The notes under the pieces: model-generated
The model's database searches: none
What the model was told of the DNA's origin: nothing
Seen by the model: the letters and a program-made list of their open reading frames with translations, nothing else
Shown here: in pieces, positions 1 to 12,605 of the stretch
Layout of the letters: the number at the start of each line of letters is the position of its first letter
Numbering within the stretch: position 1 is the stretch's first letter
Program-made: the position numbers and the translations under genes
Origin: Macrostomum lignano
Taxonomy: Eukaryota
Reading direction: 5' to 3'
Assembly: GCA_002269645.1 (NCBI GenBank)
Contig: NIVC01001376.1
Location: forward strand, 1-64,000
DNA length: 64,000 nucleotides

Positions 1-360
1 ATGCAGTCTGGTTGCTAGGGACTGAAAGCCTGTACCCAATGCAGTATGGTTGCTAGGACACAACCTGTCCCCAGTGCAGTATGGTTGCTAGGGACACAAC
101 CTACCCCCCCCAGTGCAGTATGGTTGCTAGGGACACAACCTGTCCCCCAGTGCAGTATGATTGCTAGGGAACAACCTGTACCCCAGTGCAGTATGATTGC
201 TAGGGAACAACCTGTATCCCAGTGCAGTATTGTTGCTAGGGCAAACCTGTACCCCAGTGCAGTCTGGTTGCTAGGGCCAGAACCCAAACCCCAATTACCC
301 CAATGCAGTCTGGTTGCTAGGGGCGCAACCTGTACCCCAATAGTCTGGTTGTTCGGGTTG
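1..360. repeat. Minisatellite, ~36-37 bp unit (cagtgcagtatggttgctagggacacaacctgtaccc), truncated by the window start
   Basis: About 10 degenerate tandem units, e.g. cag at 148 and 184 (36 bp apart). ORFs 15..413 and 46..366 are translations of the repeat. Confidence 0.9.
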
Positions 361-2395
361 CAATAGAATTGTGGTGCGGTTGCTATGGAAACAATTAATA
401 TTATTGATATCAACCCTCGTAATTGTCTTCGCCGTTTGGTGGTCCAATTTTAATACAACAGTTTTATTTTCTATAACTAAGCATGAAATTTAGTTTTGTC
501 AGTGTACTATTAAAACGGCCCTTTTCGTGGCTGTCAGTTTTTTTGTCTCGCACTCTTGAATACAAAAAAGGAGCGTACATCAAATGCTTACTTGAAGTAG
601 CATCGCTGGTAAAGAAAAATAATATATACTCTTACAAAAATTGTTTATTTCAGTTTTATTGAATTCTTTATTTAGGCTAAGTAGCTAAGTAGTATAATCA
701 CAGTAGTAGTATGAGCTGTTTTTGAATTTTAGTACACACGGTTACATCTTACCCAAGTGTGATGTGCTGGCTTTGCTCTCGCTTTCTCCTGTTATTCTGC
801 TTTTTTGATTTAGTTAGACGCTCGATCTGTTTAAATATGACTCCAGTTTTTTGTTTAAACAAGCTTAAATAGTCTTACTCTGCACTCCTATTGTTGATCG
901 TTGTATATTCAGTAAAGTTGAAAGTAAAATTGATAAAAATATCCAAATGAAAAAGCCATAAATCAAAATAAGACAGGGTAACGAGTGTTTGTGTATGTGT
1001 GAATAAAAAATCGCTTGCTTTGTATTATTTTTATATTTTAGTTTCCATTCTGTTTTTGTCGGTTTTGGGTTTTTTTCAAAGGGTCCTTTTTAGGGTCAAT
1101 TATGATATTTTAATGCTAGTTTAAAGTGCAAAAATGATTGTTATTAATTGAAAAAGTAGTGTAAATTTTGCTTGATGGTCAGTGTACTGTTAAAACGGCC
1201 CTTCTGAGGGCTGTTCCAGTTTGTTTTGCATTCGATGGCAGAACAGGAACTTTAGCAACTGCATAAAACCAGACACAATGAATTCGTTCTGTTTTGTCTA
1301 CTTTGAAGCACTTTAACCTGTAAATAGCTGTCATCCTTGTTTCCTATTTATTAACTTTTTAAAATATCTTTGTTGTGCTTGCATCTGTCTATTTCTCTTT
1401 TTAAATTGTCAAGCTTTTTTTCTACTCTTAGTAGTCTATCCCGGGTTTTTTTAGCGATTGAGAGTGTCTCTGTTAATTTAATCTAAATGTTTATAGTATA
1501 TAGGTTGCTTTCAGTTAATGTTTTATTAGAATCACACCTTATATTGTATTATATTGTTAATTTTAGGCTGTGAAATTTTCCGTTGGCAAATATTTTATTA
1601 TTGTGTCCTCAGCTTGTTGTTCGCTTGCTTTGTTTAAAAAATAAAAACTTTATTATTGAGTAGTAGAGTTAGTTTATATTTTCTTTGCATTATTATCTTG
1701 GTGGTGTGTTCATTTTGTTTCCTCGGTTGCGGATTCTAAATGCAAATTGCCGATATGAAAAATAAATAATAAAATGCAAAATTATTTAATATTTTTTTAT
1801 TTCCCTCGATATCCTACTGATCAGTAGTGTGAGTCGGTTTTATTCGCTTTAATCTAAGTGTTCACCAGTAGTAATTTATTGTTTATTTATCTATTAATTT
1901 TTAATCGGTTGTTTACTTGTCCACCCTTAAGCATTTGTTGTACCAATATATTTAAAGTGAGTGAATATATTGGCTGCCTGTTGTCCCTCTCTATCCTATG
2001 CGTGCTTCTAATTCTAACCCACTACCTTGCTAATTAACATTTTACTATATAAAAGTGTCTTGCGAGCAGTTAACTTGAATAAAAATAAAAAATAAAAAAA
2101 CTTCAAATTTTTGTCGCGTGCGTTCTGTTTACTACTACCTAATTACAAGAACTAGTAGTGATTCCTGTCTTTTTCGCTTTTTATTTTTAATTTAAAAAAT
2201 CCTGTGCACTAAAATACGAACCAAAATATTCGGCCCATTCCGACGTATTTTCTCTGTGCCTTTGAAGTTCATCATGACTGTGAATTGCAGGACAAGTAGG
2301 TCAAAAGTTACTAACTGCAAAGCCAATAATTTGAAATCTTAACTTCAAGCGATATTTATTTTCTTTCAGGTAAGATTTTTAAATTTTTAGAAAGT

Positions 2396-5300
2396 CTATC
2401 CACTTGACATTTTTGCGATTCTGCAAACTTTATTTTCGACTTCCTCGATGTTCTCAGCGAACCAGGCTTTGATCCTCGGTAGGCTCTCTATCCTCCACTT
2501 GGCGTTGATGAGCACTTTCTCAAGAGACTGAGCCAGCGCGCGACCGAACTTCTTCAGATTTTCCTTGTTTTGCTTTTTGAAATTCAAGATCTCCGTGTAG
2601 TGCTCCAAATCGCTGAAAATGCCCAGGTAGCTTATGACATCAGACTGCATCAGTGGACTTGGAATTTTACTGTTTACATTCGTCCAATTCTTCTGCAAGT
2701 GGTTCCAGAAAGTCTGTAATCCATTAGGATTCTTGGCCATGCTTTCAAGCGCAAAGGCCATTTCCTGCATTCGAAAATGGCTGTCATTAGCTGGATGTTG
2801 GAGGTAATGCTCAAGAATCGATGGCTTGCTAGAGCAGGCAAGACCTGGGATGATGTCGATCTTAGTGCCTAGGTGAGAAACGGTCTTGCTGAGTGAGTCC
2901 CACTCCTGAGAACTCCCTTCAGCCCCCTCGCAGAGAACAGCTGGTCTAAAATCAGGATTGATCAGCGACCGAAACCCGGAATTCTCGTATTCTCTGAACT
3001 TCGCTTTCGCGGCATCTTTGCAGCTCGCCAATCCGTATTTGTACGCCGACGAAGTGATAAGCTCTCGCTTCAGCTTAGTCAGGTGGGTGTCCGTGTCTTT
3101 GTTTTCAAGCCCGACATCGTTGAAGGCTCCCTCGAGTAGATCTCGCATGTACGCATTCAGCGGTCCGTACTCAGAAGGCCGTGACTGCAGCATCGAGCGC
3201 AGGTAGCCAATCTTCGATAGAGCGGCCGACCACGGTGCTAAGTGCGTCTCCCTCTTCAGGTACTTGGTCATGTTGAGCGGAATGCTGTAGTCCAGATAGC
3301 CGGCACTGGCCAGAGCGAAGCTGTCATCGAGCAGACGAGCCCTGTCCTGCGGACTGAACACCGTGTGATTCGAGACCAGCTGATCGATGAGCCGCTTCCA
3401 GTTGTCCAAGTCGTAGTTCACTCTGTAGAAGCCGGACGAGCGAAGGTTGAGCAGATACCAGTCGTCAGCAGAGTTGTCGAGTTCGAAGGACTGCTCCTTC
3501 TCGGTCATCCAGTTCACAAAGCCCGACACGTCCTCAGGAGTTCCCGAGGTGAGGTTCCGCTTGGTTCCCATGGTGACAGGGATGATCCACGTGTAGTTGT
3601 AGTCGCTCAGGTAGCTCGGAACTTGACTGGCATTCCAGAGAAAGTGGTTCTGCGTCAGTGTGAGACGTCCAGTCGCAGTGACGAAACAGTTGAGCACGGG
3701 GTAGCCATCTGCTTGATCCAGCGATCCATCACTGAGCCGACGTCGAGAGACTTGTTTGTGGACTCGGAGTACTGCCGGGTCAGACTGTCATAGAGAGCGG
3801 TGTGGAATGTGTTTCCGTAGCTGTTCTGACGCAGGTAGTTTCCGACACCTTTGCGGAAGACCTCGTCACCAACGAACCCGTGAAGCATGCGGAGAATCAT
3901 TCCACCTTTAAAGTAAGTGATTGAGTCGAAGTTTTGGTAGATATTTATCAGTTGCTTGACTTCGAAGAAAATCGGATGACTGTTAGCCAGCGAATCTGTT
4001 TCCAGCGTCTTCAGCTTATAAGTCGCAACAAACTGAGCATCAAAATCCCAATCCGGTCGAATGTTGTTCACGCCAATGGTTAGCGCGAAACTAGCAAATC
4101 CTTCGTTCAGCCACAGGTCGTCCCACCATTGAGGAGTGACTAAGTTTCCAAACCACATGTGAGCGACCTCGTGACTGACAAGAAGTCCACTAAACTGGTA
4201 GTTGAAGGCCCTATCTTTTCGGTTGTCAATGGCAACGTAACTTTCACGATAGACAACTAGACCCCAGTTTTCCATGCCCCTTGAAGGAAAATCAGGAACA
4301 GCAATTTGGTCTTTTTTTTCAGCGGAAATCGAACATCAAAGTAGGATTCGAAGAACAGAGTTAGATTCTTTAGCGCGTCCTGTGAAAAGTTCATTATGTT
4401 TAGAAGCTCTGGTCTCACATAAGTGCGGTACGTTCGCATCTGAGAATCCGTGTCTTCAATGTATTCGAACTGAGAAACAACGAACGCAAGAATGTACGTG
4501 GACATGATGGGAGTGGTCTCAAAGTCTCCCTTCTCTACCTGATCCGAGTCGCTCATCTCGCTGAACCAATTGCTGGCCCTGGCTTTGGTGACTCGTTTCG
4601 ATGGCATGTTGCTGAGCGCAGTGAAACCCTTCTCTCTGACAATGCTGATGTCAAACCTGGCCTTGAATGCGGGCTCGTCGAAACACGGAAACACCATCCT
4701 GGCGTGAGATACTTGAAGCTGGGACGTCGCTAGGTACTTTGTGGTTCTCTTCTCGGTGTACGAGCTCAGGTACTAGCCTCGCAAACCGGATCGAAGCGGA
4801 GATCTGAAGCGTGGGATCTCGATCACGATGTTGGTGCTGTTCGCTGGCAGCGGCGCACACAGGTCGATGCTGCACCACTGACTATCGCTGTCGTACACAC
4901 AGTTGGCGATTGCGTAGTTTATGTCTAAGCAGCTGTCGTAGACCCGAAAATCCGCTGCGGTGAGTTTAATGTTCTCCGCCGAGTGCAGCTTGATGTTGCT
5001 AGTTGAGTCTTCGATGCTGAGTCTCACCTGCATGGAGCCGATGAAGTAGAACTCCAAGGCATTGCTCCCGTAGATGTAGGGCGCCAGGGTGACTGCATAG
5101 TGCAGTGGCTTCACTCCGGTCGGCAGGCGGACGTTAGGCGGAGGTTGCCCCGCATTTTTTGCCTTGGTCTCATTGGTGCAGGATGTAGGTGCAGGAGTTG
5201 CTGGGGTCGGAGCAGTGTCAGGCTGGCCATAAACAGGTCCTTCTGCGAGCAATAGCAGCAGTGCTAGGGCCGTTAGCAAGCGTTGCTTTGGTGATTTCAT
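2396..5300 (-). pseudogene. Intronless M1-family (aminopeptidase N/ERAP-like) zinc aminopeptidase with signal peptide, disrupted as assembled
   Basis: Four collinear ORFs join into one ~965-aa protein. It has a hydrophobic N-terminus (LLTALALLLLLAEG), VRLPTGVKPLHY, ARMVFPCFDEPAFKARF, xGMENWGL, HEVAH-x18-E (HEVAHMWFGNLVTPQWWDDLWLNE), catalytic Tyr in FDSITYFKGG and an ERAP1_C-like C-terminus. Lesions: in-frame TAG at 4773-4775 (GLRG*YLSSY), a 1-nt loss in an A8 run near 4312-4319, and a 1-nt loss at QM/GYP near 3706. Confidence 0.9.
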
Positions 5301-6149
5301 TTCGAATGATTTTTTGTCTTCTTGTTTAGTCGCAGAATTGCTCTGTTGGTTCTAGCGAATTTATTCGTTCTTATTTTACTTGTACATGGGGATTTTGTAA
5401 CGAACTGTATCATTTTATATCATTCTAGTCTGGAAGAAATCAAAAAAATCGTACGAAATTATTTTGTTTTTTTTTTAATATTTAGATCACTCCAGCTCCT
5501 GAATTGGTATTTATTGCATGCATTTGGATAAAACATATCAAAAATAATTAAATAAGTTTGAATAATTCTTAAGCTGAAAAATTTTGCTTAAAAAAAATAG
5601 CTATCATGAAAATTTCAACGTTTCCAATTTATGAGGTTGAAGCTTTAGCCTGCAGGAATGGATATCTGCGGTAAAAACTCACTGAAAAAAGCATTAGCTA
5701 GGCGCAGAACAAGGACAACTAAAGCAACGTATATACAGGACGCAACACTCACGTTTCATGGGAAAGGTTCTGAAGTTTCATGGGCCACTTTTGCCAAAAA
5801 AATGCACTAGCTATGGAGATAGAAAGTTTTGATTTTTTCAGCACAAAAATTGTTTTTGCTTTCGACAGATCCAATGTTCATCGTTTGATATGTTAATTGT
5901 GCCTTTCTTATAGCTCTATTGATATTCATAAAGCTTTTTGTTCAAAAAATTAACTAGGATTATGTGTTAATTTTTTATTCACCGTATATGTACATTTCCT
6001 GTATCTAAAAATCATAAAAATGCATGGCAAAGCTCGAGTCTTTGGTTTTGTGAATCTATTTTATCATCTCTGTTACACACATTGTTACACAGTCAGCTAA
6101 GAATGGCAAATTAGATTCATAAAACCAATTAGCTGAGCCGTGTCATTAC

Positions 6150-7845
6150 TAACTAACTAACTACCGATGGGGGCAGAGCGCTGCGATTAGGCCACGAGGC
6201 CCCTATCGCAACCCCAAGCTAAAATCAGAAAGGCGTTAGCCTTGGGGCTGCGCCCACCCCTCGCCGGCAGCAGAAGCGCTCGCAAGAGTGGCGGCGTCTG
6301 CGATCTTCATCCGCCAAGAATCTAGACCGAATACGCGCAGGTCACGGATCCGGTCCGGAGTGGTGAGCTCGTCCAGCCTTACCGGGTGACCGAGGTGACG
6401 CCTTCGCGCCTCGCTGAAGTGCGGGCAGAAAGTGACGTGGTGCGTCGAGGTTTCCTCCTCTAGATCACAGAATGGGCAGATAGGGGAGCAGCCACTTTGC
6501 AGTGAAATATGTCTCTGGAAGAAGCCATGGCCAGTAATGACCATGCACATCTCCCTCAGGTCAGTTTTACTTAAGGAGATTAAATATTCGGATACTTTCC
6601 GGTTTATGACAGGCATTGCGATTCATGTTTGCCGATATTCGGAGCAGCTGTCCCAGTGGACCTGGTGCTGGCGGTTCAGCCACTATTGAATGGCGCGATT
6701 GACTGATGACTTCGGAGAAGGTAATTTGACTGGGCGTTGCGCTCCACCGGGGTGCAAGCCCGTTTGGCGAGTTGATCTACCAGCTTATTGCCGAGGAGTT
6801 TGCTGTGACCTGGTGTTCAGATCACATTGATCCTGTTGAGAATCGCCAGGGTCTGCAAGCTTTGGAAGCAGTCTGAAACAAACTTGGTTGAGAGCTTGAT
6901 GGAAGACAAGGCCTTAATAGCAGCCTGGCTGTCAGAGTAAAAATAAATGTCAAAGCTGCTGATGCCAGCTTTGTGCAAATTTGCTCAGCGCACTGGTTGA
7001 TGGCTACAACTTCGGATTGAAAAACCGAGACATTCTCACCAAGATGAAGACTTTCTTGTAAGATCGCCTCACCCTTTGTGGAAAATGGCGATGCCCGCGC
7101 CCGCGAGACCGTCACACAGGGATCCGTCAGTGAAGCAGTGGATACCCTGGCTTCTCCGGTTGATGCCCACGTCCAGTGGGTGGCTCCCTCGCGGCGGAAG
7201 GGTACACTTGAAGCCCTTCCTGGGGATGAGAGTGGGGGATTTGCAGTCCACCTCGTCTAAATTGAGGTGGATGCGTTGAAGGTCGCGACGGATATAGTCC
7301 AGATGCGGGATGAGAGTCTTCTCGGGCATGAAGCCCGAGGGAGTGTTAGCAATAAATTTATCACAACTGAGAAGCTGCCGCCCTTCATCGCCTCAGCTCT
7401 AATGAACAAATGCAGCGGAGGCATGCTGAGGATGGTGTTGAGCCCCTCGTAAGGGGTGGATGGATACGCACCGGTGATGGCACGGCAGATGTTACCCTGA
7501 AGCTGGTACAGCCGGTCCCGCACAGTCTTCAACTCGAACACACTGGACCAGATAACACATGCGTAGGTAATACTGGGTCTAATCATGCCGGTGTAGATCC
7601 ACCTGACCGTCTTGGGAGATTGTCCCCAGGTAGGCCCAACGTGCTTGGTTAAGTCCAGCGCAGATCGTGAGTGAGCGTCACACCTAGATATTTTGTTTCC
7701 TTGACTAAGTGGTGTCCTTACCATAGATCGTGAGGTTCCGCATGCTCCACTTCCGCTTCCTGGTGAAGATAATGGCCATAGTCTTAGCGGTGCTAATGGT
7801 TAGGCCGTGCCGGGTAGCCCAGGCTTGCGCCTTATCGGCGGAGCC
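6150..7845 (-). mobile_element. 5'-truncated non-LTR retrotransposon (I/LOA group): RT C-terminus, RNase H, CCHC finger
   Basis: Frameshifted segments [63 protein letters not shown], RNase H HCFTDGS and VFQSEVVAI, and [10 protein letters not shown]...[18 protein letters not shown]. Ends in a short (TTAG)n-like tail near 6150-6163. Confidence 0.88.
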
Positions 7846-7867
7846 TTGCCATTTTAATGGTTTTTAG

Positions 7868-8080
7868 GCACAGGACATGGACTGGACTGGGGGGTCGCCA
7901 CACACACCCTCAATTACCCCAGCTAATGCTGGTAACCTTTTTACAACTGGGTGAACTGAAGCAATGCAGAGTTAAGTGTCTTGCTCAAGGACACAAGGAG
8001 ACCGAGTGGGTCGAGAATTGAATCCCCAACCTTTCAGTCATGAGTCCGAAGCTCTAACCACACTATAGGCTGCGACCCCA
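7868..8080 (-). mobile_element. tRNA-derived SINE (family A, CORE-like central domain), 3'-truncated
   Basis: Minus strand has a tRNA-like head (tagtgtggttagag...ggattcaattctc) followed by tgtgtccttgagcaagacacttaactc...tgcttcagttcacccagttgtaaaa. Clearly homologous to 27652-27970. Confidence 0.7.
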
Positions 8081-9110
8081 CTAGCTTCAAGGCCAAGCTC
8101 TCCTATTGATGATGAAGTGGAAGCAGAACCGAAAACTGTCGACATGGATTATATGGTCACGCAAGAATTCAATGAGCGGCCCATCCAGAGAGAATTAGCA
8201 TTTAACAATACATCGTATTTTTGGCTTCATGAAGTGAAAAAAGTAGCTAATGTTTTTTTCAGACAGCTTTAATAACATAAGTTTGGAATCAATATACACT
8301 TGCAAAAATACGTACATTTATGTATACGCAATCAATGTTTTTCCTGCCTACCCTGAGCTTTAGCTGCGGCTCTTCAAGTGAATACTTAAAAGGAAAAGAG
8401 CTGAAAAATGAGAAAAGGGGGAGGTTGCTGAAGCGTACCGAGCGGGAAGTGCTACCCTTCTTGGGAAACTAGAAAAAATTAGTCAAGAACCAGAGAGTTT
8501 TGCCCAATCGACGCCTAAACACCACCTGTCGGCACTCTGTGGCTGTTTTTACATGTACATCGGGGTTGTCTATTTTATCGCGTCGTCAAGCGCTTTAATT
8601 GTTTGTGCCGCCTTCTGAGTCAGGTTTACCCCACCTCTACAGAAGAGTAGGAATTGAAGACGCTTTCCATCTCCGTGTCAGCTTCTCAACTTCCTAGCCA
8701 AGTAGCTCCTACTCTCGATCTTTCTCCCAAAGCCACTCGACTCATCCCGTCACCCTTACGAGCGTAGTTACTGGTCCAACAACTCAAGCTAAAGTTACTT
8801 CTGTAGAAAATATTTCTTTTATTTTATATTAATATAATATTTATTTCAGACAGCAAATGCAGCGCTTGAGAAAGGCTGGCTTATTGATTCGCAGCGAGGG
8901 TTGCGTCTTCATTGTGGTCCAAGCATTTTGACTATTTAGCTGACGCCTCTCACGGAAAATATGGACGCCACTCTCTCTAAGAGGAGGAGAAACTTTTCAA
9001 TCAGGTATAAAAAAGTAAATTTAACAGCAAGAGACGAAACAGATCAGATTACGAAAATTCTTAAAATTTTTATTCAATTCCGAACTACTCGTAGAACTTT
9101 TTTAGCTGAA

Positions 9111-10821
9111 ATGATTTCGCAACTAATAATACTTTGTTTGCTATCCATCGGTAATATCCTAATCCATTTCGCAATTCACTTTGACCCAAATATCCCTGAA
9201 CTCCCAATTAATTAACTATAATTTCAGCCACCTGCGTGACTGCCAGCCAAGCTCCTGAGCAAGAGTACTACCTGGTCGATGAGCCCGTTACCATCAACGC
9301 CTCGGTGAGCAGCGAAGTGATCAATGTGACCGGGGTGGCTTCCGAGATCGACTGCGTGACGAGGTGCCTGTCGAGAGGCTGCTCGGTGGCGGTGGCTCAC
9401 GAGAGCATCGGGCTCTGCCAGATGGCGATGGTGTATGAAGGCGGCCACTCGTCCGGGAGTCGCGTGCAGAGGCTGCTGGGCTCGGAGGCCGGGGCCAGGG
9501 TCTGGACGTTCGACGCACCGCTAATTCACCTAAACTTCAGCATTGAGTTTCTCAGTAAGCACTTCTGCAACATTCCAAAGTTTCGTTAGATCTGCGAATA
9601 TTTATCTCTCAATGCTAAACTCCATCTTCCAGACTCCAGCACCGGTAGAAACGGCTCCATCCAGCAGCTGCTGATCGACACCACCCACTGCTACCGGATT
9701 GAAGCTGCCGGTGCCAGCGGGAGTCCCGGGGCTCGACAACCGAGCGGTCGAGGAGCAGTCATGGCAGGCAACTTCAGCCTGACTGCCGGCACCCTGCTGA
9801 CCATTGTTGTCGGACAGCAGGGCGGCCCCGCTAGCGATAAAGGCGGCGGAGGTGGCGGCGGAGGCAGCTTTGTGTACACTGTCAACGCCTCCGGCAACCC
9901 GCTGCTGCTGCTGGCTGCTGGCGGAGGCGGCGGTGGCTGCTACTATGAGGCTGGTAAGTGCCAGAGCAGGGTCTCGTCTGACTGCTGAATCACCTGTTTG
10001 AGATGAGAGCCCTCATGCGAACGCGAGCATTGGTTATCAAAGAAGAATGAAGCGGATTAAAAAAAATTAAAGAGATAATTAATAATTATTTTCTTGATTA
10101 GGACTCATTATTTGACATCATCAGGGTTGAATTATTTAACGAACGAGTGACTGAGCAAATTTAAAGTATGTACAGCTAGAGGAGAATGAGCAAAAGCAAT
10201 GACTGTGGCCCTAACCTTTGATTGATGGATTGGTTGATTGATTGATTGACTTATTGATTGATTGGTTATTTACAAGCTTACTACTTACTATTAGTAGTCA
10301 GTTATCAAAGTTAAAGCTCCTGTCGTGTTTCAAAATTCAGGTGCTGATGGCTCAGGAGACGAAAGAGGCACGAACTCAGTTGCTGGGGATTCTGATTACT
10401 CTGGCTACGGCGGCAGCAACGGTCAGGCCGGCTTCAGCAATTCTGATAATAATGACGAAGACTACTACCCCGGCGGCTGCGGCGCCGGCTGGTTTGGCAA
10501 GAATACCAACGCTAAAGCCACGCAGCACGACGGCGACCACGGTGGAAGCTTGGCTGACGGCTGGGTCGGCGGAGCCGTTAACACCAACTATAACGGCGGA
10601 ACCGGAGGGTTCGGAGGCGGCGGCGGTGGCGGCAGCACCCCACGAACGACAATGGCGGCGGCGGAGGCGGCGGCTTCAGCGGTGGCGGCGCCGCTGGCAA
10701 TCACGGTGGCGGAGGCGGCGGCTCCTTCTGCGGCGGCCGCGGCTGCGCCGCCACCAGCGGCGGCAACACCGGCAGCGACCAGGGCTTCGTCAAGGTGCAG
10801 TCGGTCCTGGATTGCGATTGA
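9111..10821 (+). CDS. Secreted PAN/apple + ALK/LTK-like glycine-rich-domain protein, copy 1 (exons 9111-9150, 9228-9554, 9633-9953, 10341-10821; 1-nt frameshift in exon 4)
   Basis: All introns are GT-AG and phase 1; internal exons are 327 and 321 nt. Signal peptide MISQLIILCLLSIATCVTA; PAN core [23 protein letters not shown]; GRD motifs [65 protein letters not shown] and GGFGGGGG. A frame break at the C4 run 10638-10641 is repaired by one added C, giving ...GFVKVQSVLDCD*. Confidence 0.85.
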
Positions 10822-10907
10822 ACAGTTTTGATGATAAAACAACTTTGGGTTGAGAATTCGAACGTTTTTGTCAATGTTATTTACCAGCCTAAGTAAGATT
10901 TCTAGTT

Positions 10908-11278
10908 AGTTAGAGGCAGGCGGTTGTGTGTAGCCTGGCGCACTTTAGGCGCGACATTGGCACACAACCGGCGAGAGCCATTACTGGCGCCCATTCCGCC
11001 GACTCCCCTGAGCAGGCACACAAGCCCGCGGATACGTACGCAGTCATACGCACAGGCACACACTCACACAGGAGTTTACAGCGGCCCTGACTTTATTTAT
11101 CGTTAGGCATGTACACTTCACTGTGCCTTGGGGGTTGGGCCTCAAAGACGTTAATTTCAGGAGCAGAGCCAAGCCGAGATTCCAATTCAGCCCCAAATTA
11201 ATGTGACTGCACTTGGAATCGAGCCTGGGCCGCTGGCACATCAGAGCGCCACGCTGGACCGCTGGGCTTCAGCCCCCT
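10908..11278 (-). mobile_element. tRNA-derived SINE (family B), near full length
   Basis: Minus strand: A-box-like gaagcccagcggt, B-box-like ggctcgattcc and a (CTAA)n tail. The 3' half matches 18643-18816 in the opposite orientation. Confidence 0.7.
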
Positions 11279-12605
11279 ACCCGTGACCTGACACAACAAT
11301 TCTATATAGCACATGCATACGGTTATTATTACTACTAGTACATTTTCTTCTTCGTAAACATCATGTACTTTCTGCTAGAAATTGCCTTCATAGTTGCTCC
11401 TGTTCTTTTTGCTTTTTTTGCTGTATTTTTCTTTCACAAAGTAAAAAAAGGTTTTTCAATCTGTGATATTTAATTTGGGCCCTTTGGGCCAGTAAGAAAC
11501 TTCTCTCGGACCTCCCCATGAGGGTGTAATTCGAATTTGTAATTTTGCTGTTACACCCTATCGCTCAGCGTGGTGATTACGTAATACTCGTAAATGCCCC
11601 GCAGTGTAAAGTGAAAGTTGTGCAACATGCAATTAGGGAGATTCAAGAGAAGTTGTTTACTGGCGCAAGTTTTAAATGTTGCCATTTCTCTAAGCTCTGC
11701 ATCATTAACAACCCGATATGTTCGATTTCGATCGCAGCTTGTGCACTATGCAGTTCTTTATAACAAATATACATTGCACAAAAGAATTTTAACACCTGAT
11801 TCTTATTGTTATTTGAAAATCGTTGTACACGCCGCAGAAGTGTTCCATTTTAATTATTTAAGCTAAAGTTAAATTTTTGCGGTTAACAATCTGCTCTGTC
11901 AAGTAATGTCGCCATACTGCCGAACATCGGTTAAGGAAGCAACTTCTTCGGTTCTAGGAAAGTCTGTTTCTTAAAAAACCTGTGCTTGAACAATGTGCTT
12001 AAAAAGCAGTACAGAAGTGTTTTGAGTGAGTATTGTCAGCTCAACTAAAAGGGTCTGAAAGTCAGCAGAAAATTGAAAGGGGAGGAGAGAAGCCTCCTAC
12101 CCTGCTGACGCTGAGCACCTGTCCTCCTGCCCCTCTCGTCCATTCAGTTGCCAAGTGCCTTTGTTGCCAAGGCGATCTTCTAAGTTATTAACCCAAACCG
12201 CCAAAAGAGGAGGAAGATGCTTCTAACTTCTCAACACCCAACAAGAGTTTCTACTCCTGATCATTGTTCTTTGCTCAGCAAGACTCGCCTGCCGCCTTAC
12301 TGGTCTTTGCTTTTGTTTTAAGAGTCTCCCAAATTCACTGGCAAAAACTGAGACAAAAGCTGAAAGCTGCCAGGGAAGCCTGACAGGATTGAGAGGCTGG
12401 CGTATTGATCGAAGGGTAAAAATAGCGATGAAGAGGTTGTTTACCTGCCTTCCTTGTGGTATACTTAGGCTATTTAGCAAAATTCTCTCACCACAGAAAT
12501 TGTGAGGCTCTCCTAATAAGCAGGGGTTCAAGTCTTTTTTCAAGGCGATACAAATCAAGACTAACCCTGATTTTATAATATTCAATCCTAGTTTTCTTTG
12601 CTGAA

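Noticed and set aside
15-413. ORFs of 132 and 106 aa
   Set aside because: Translations of the 36-bp minisatellite.
559-1210. Motif gtcagtgtact(a/g)ttaaaacggccctt repeated at ~559 and ~1178
   Set aside because: Only a ~35-bp direct repeat in AT-rich DNA; no element boundaries or function could be supported.
10588-10842. Ala/Pro-rich antisense ORFs over the Gly-rich exons (also 26305..26775, 30566..30781)
   Set aside because: Shadows of GGC-rich coding sequence on the opposite strand or frame.
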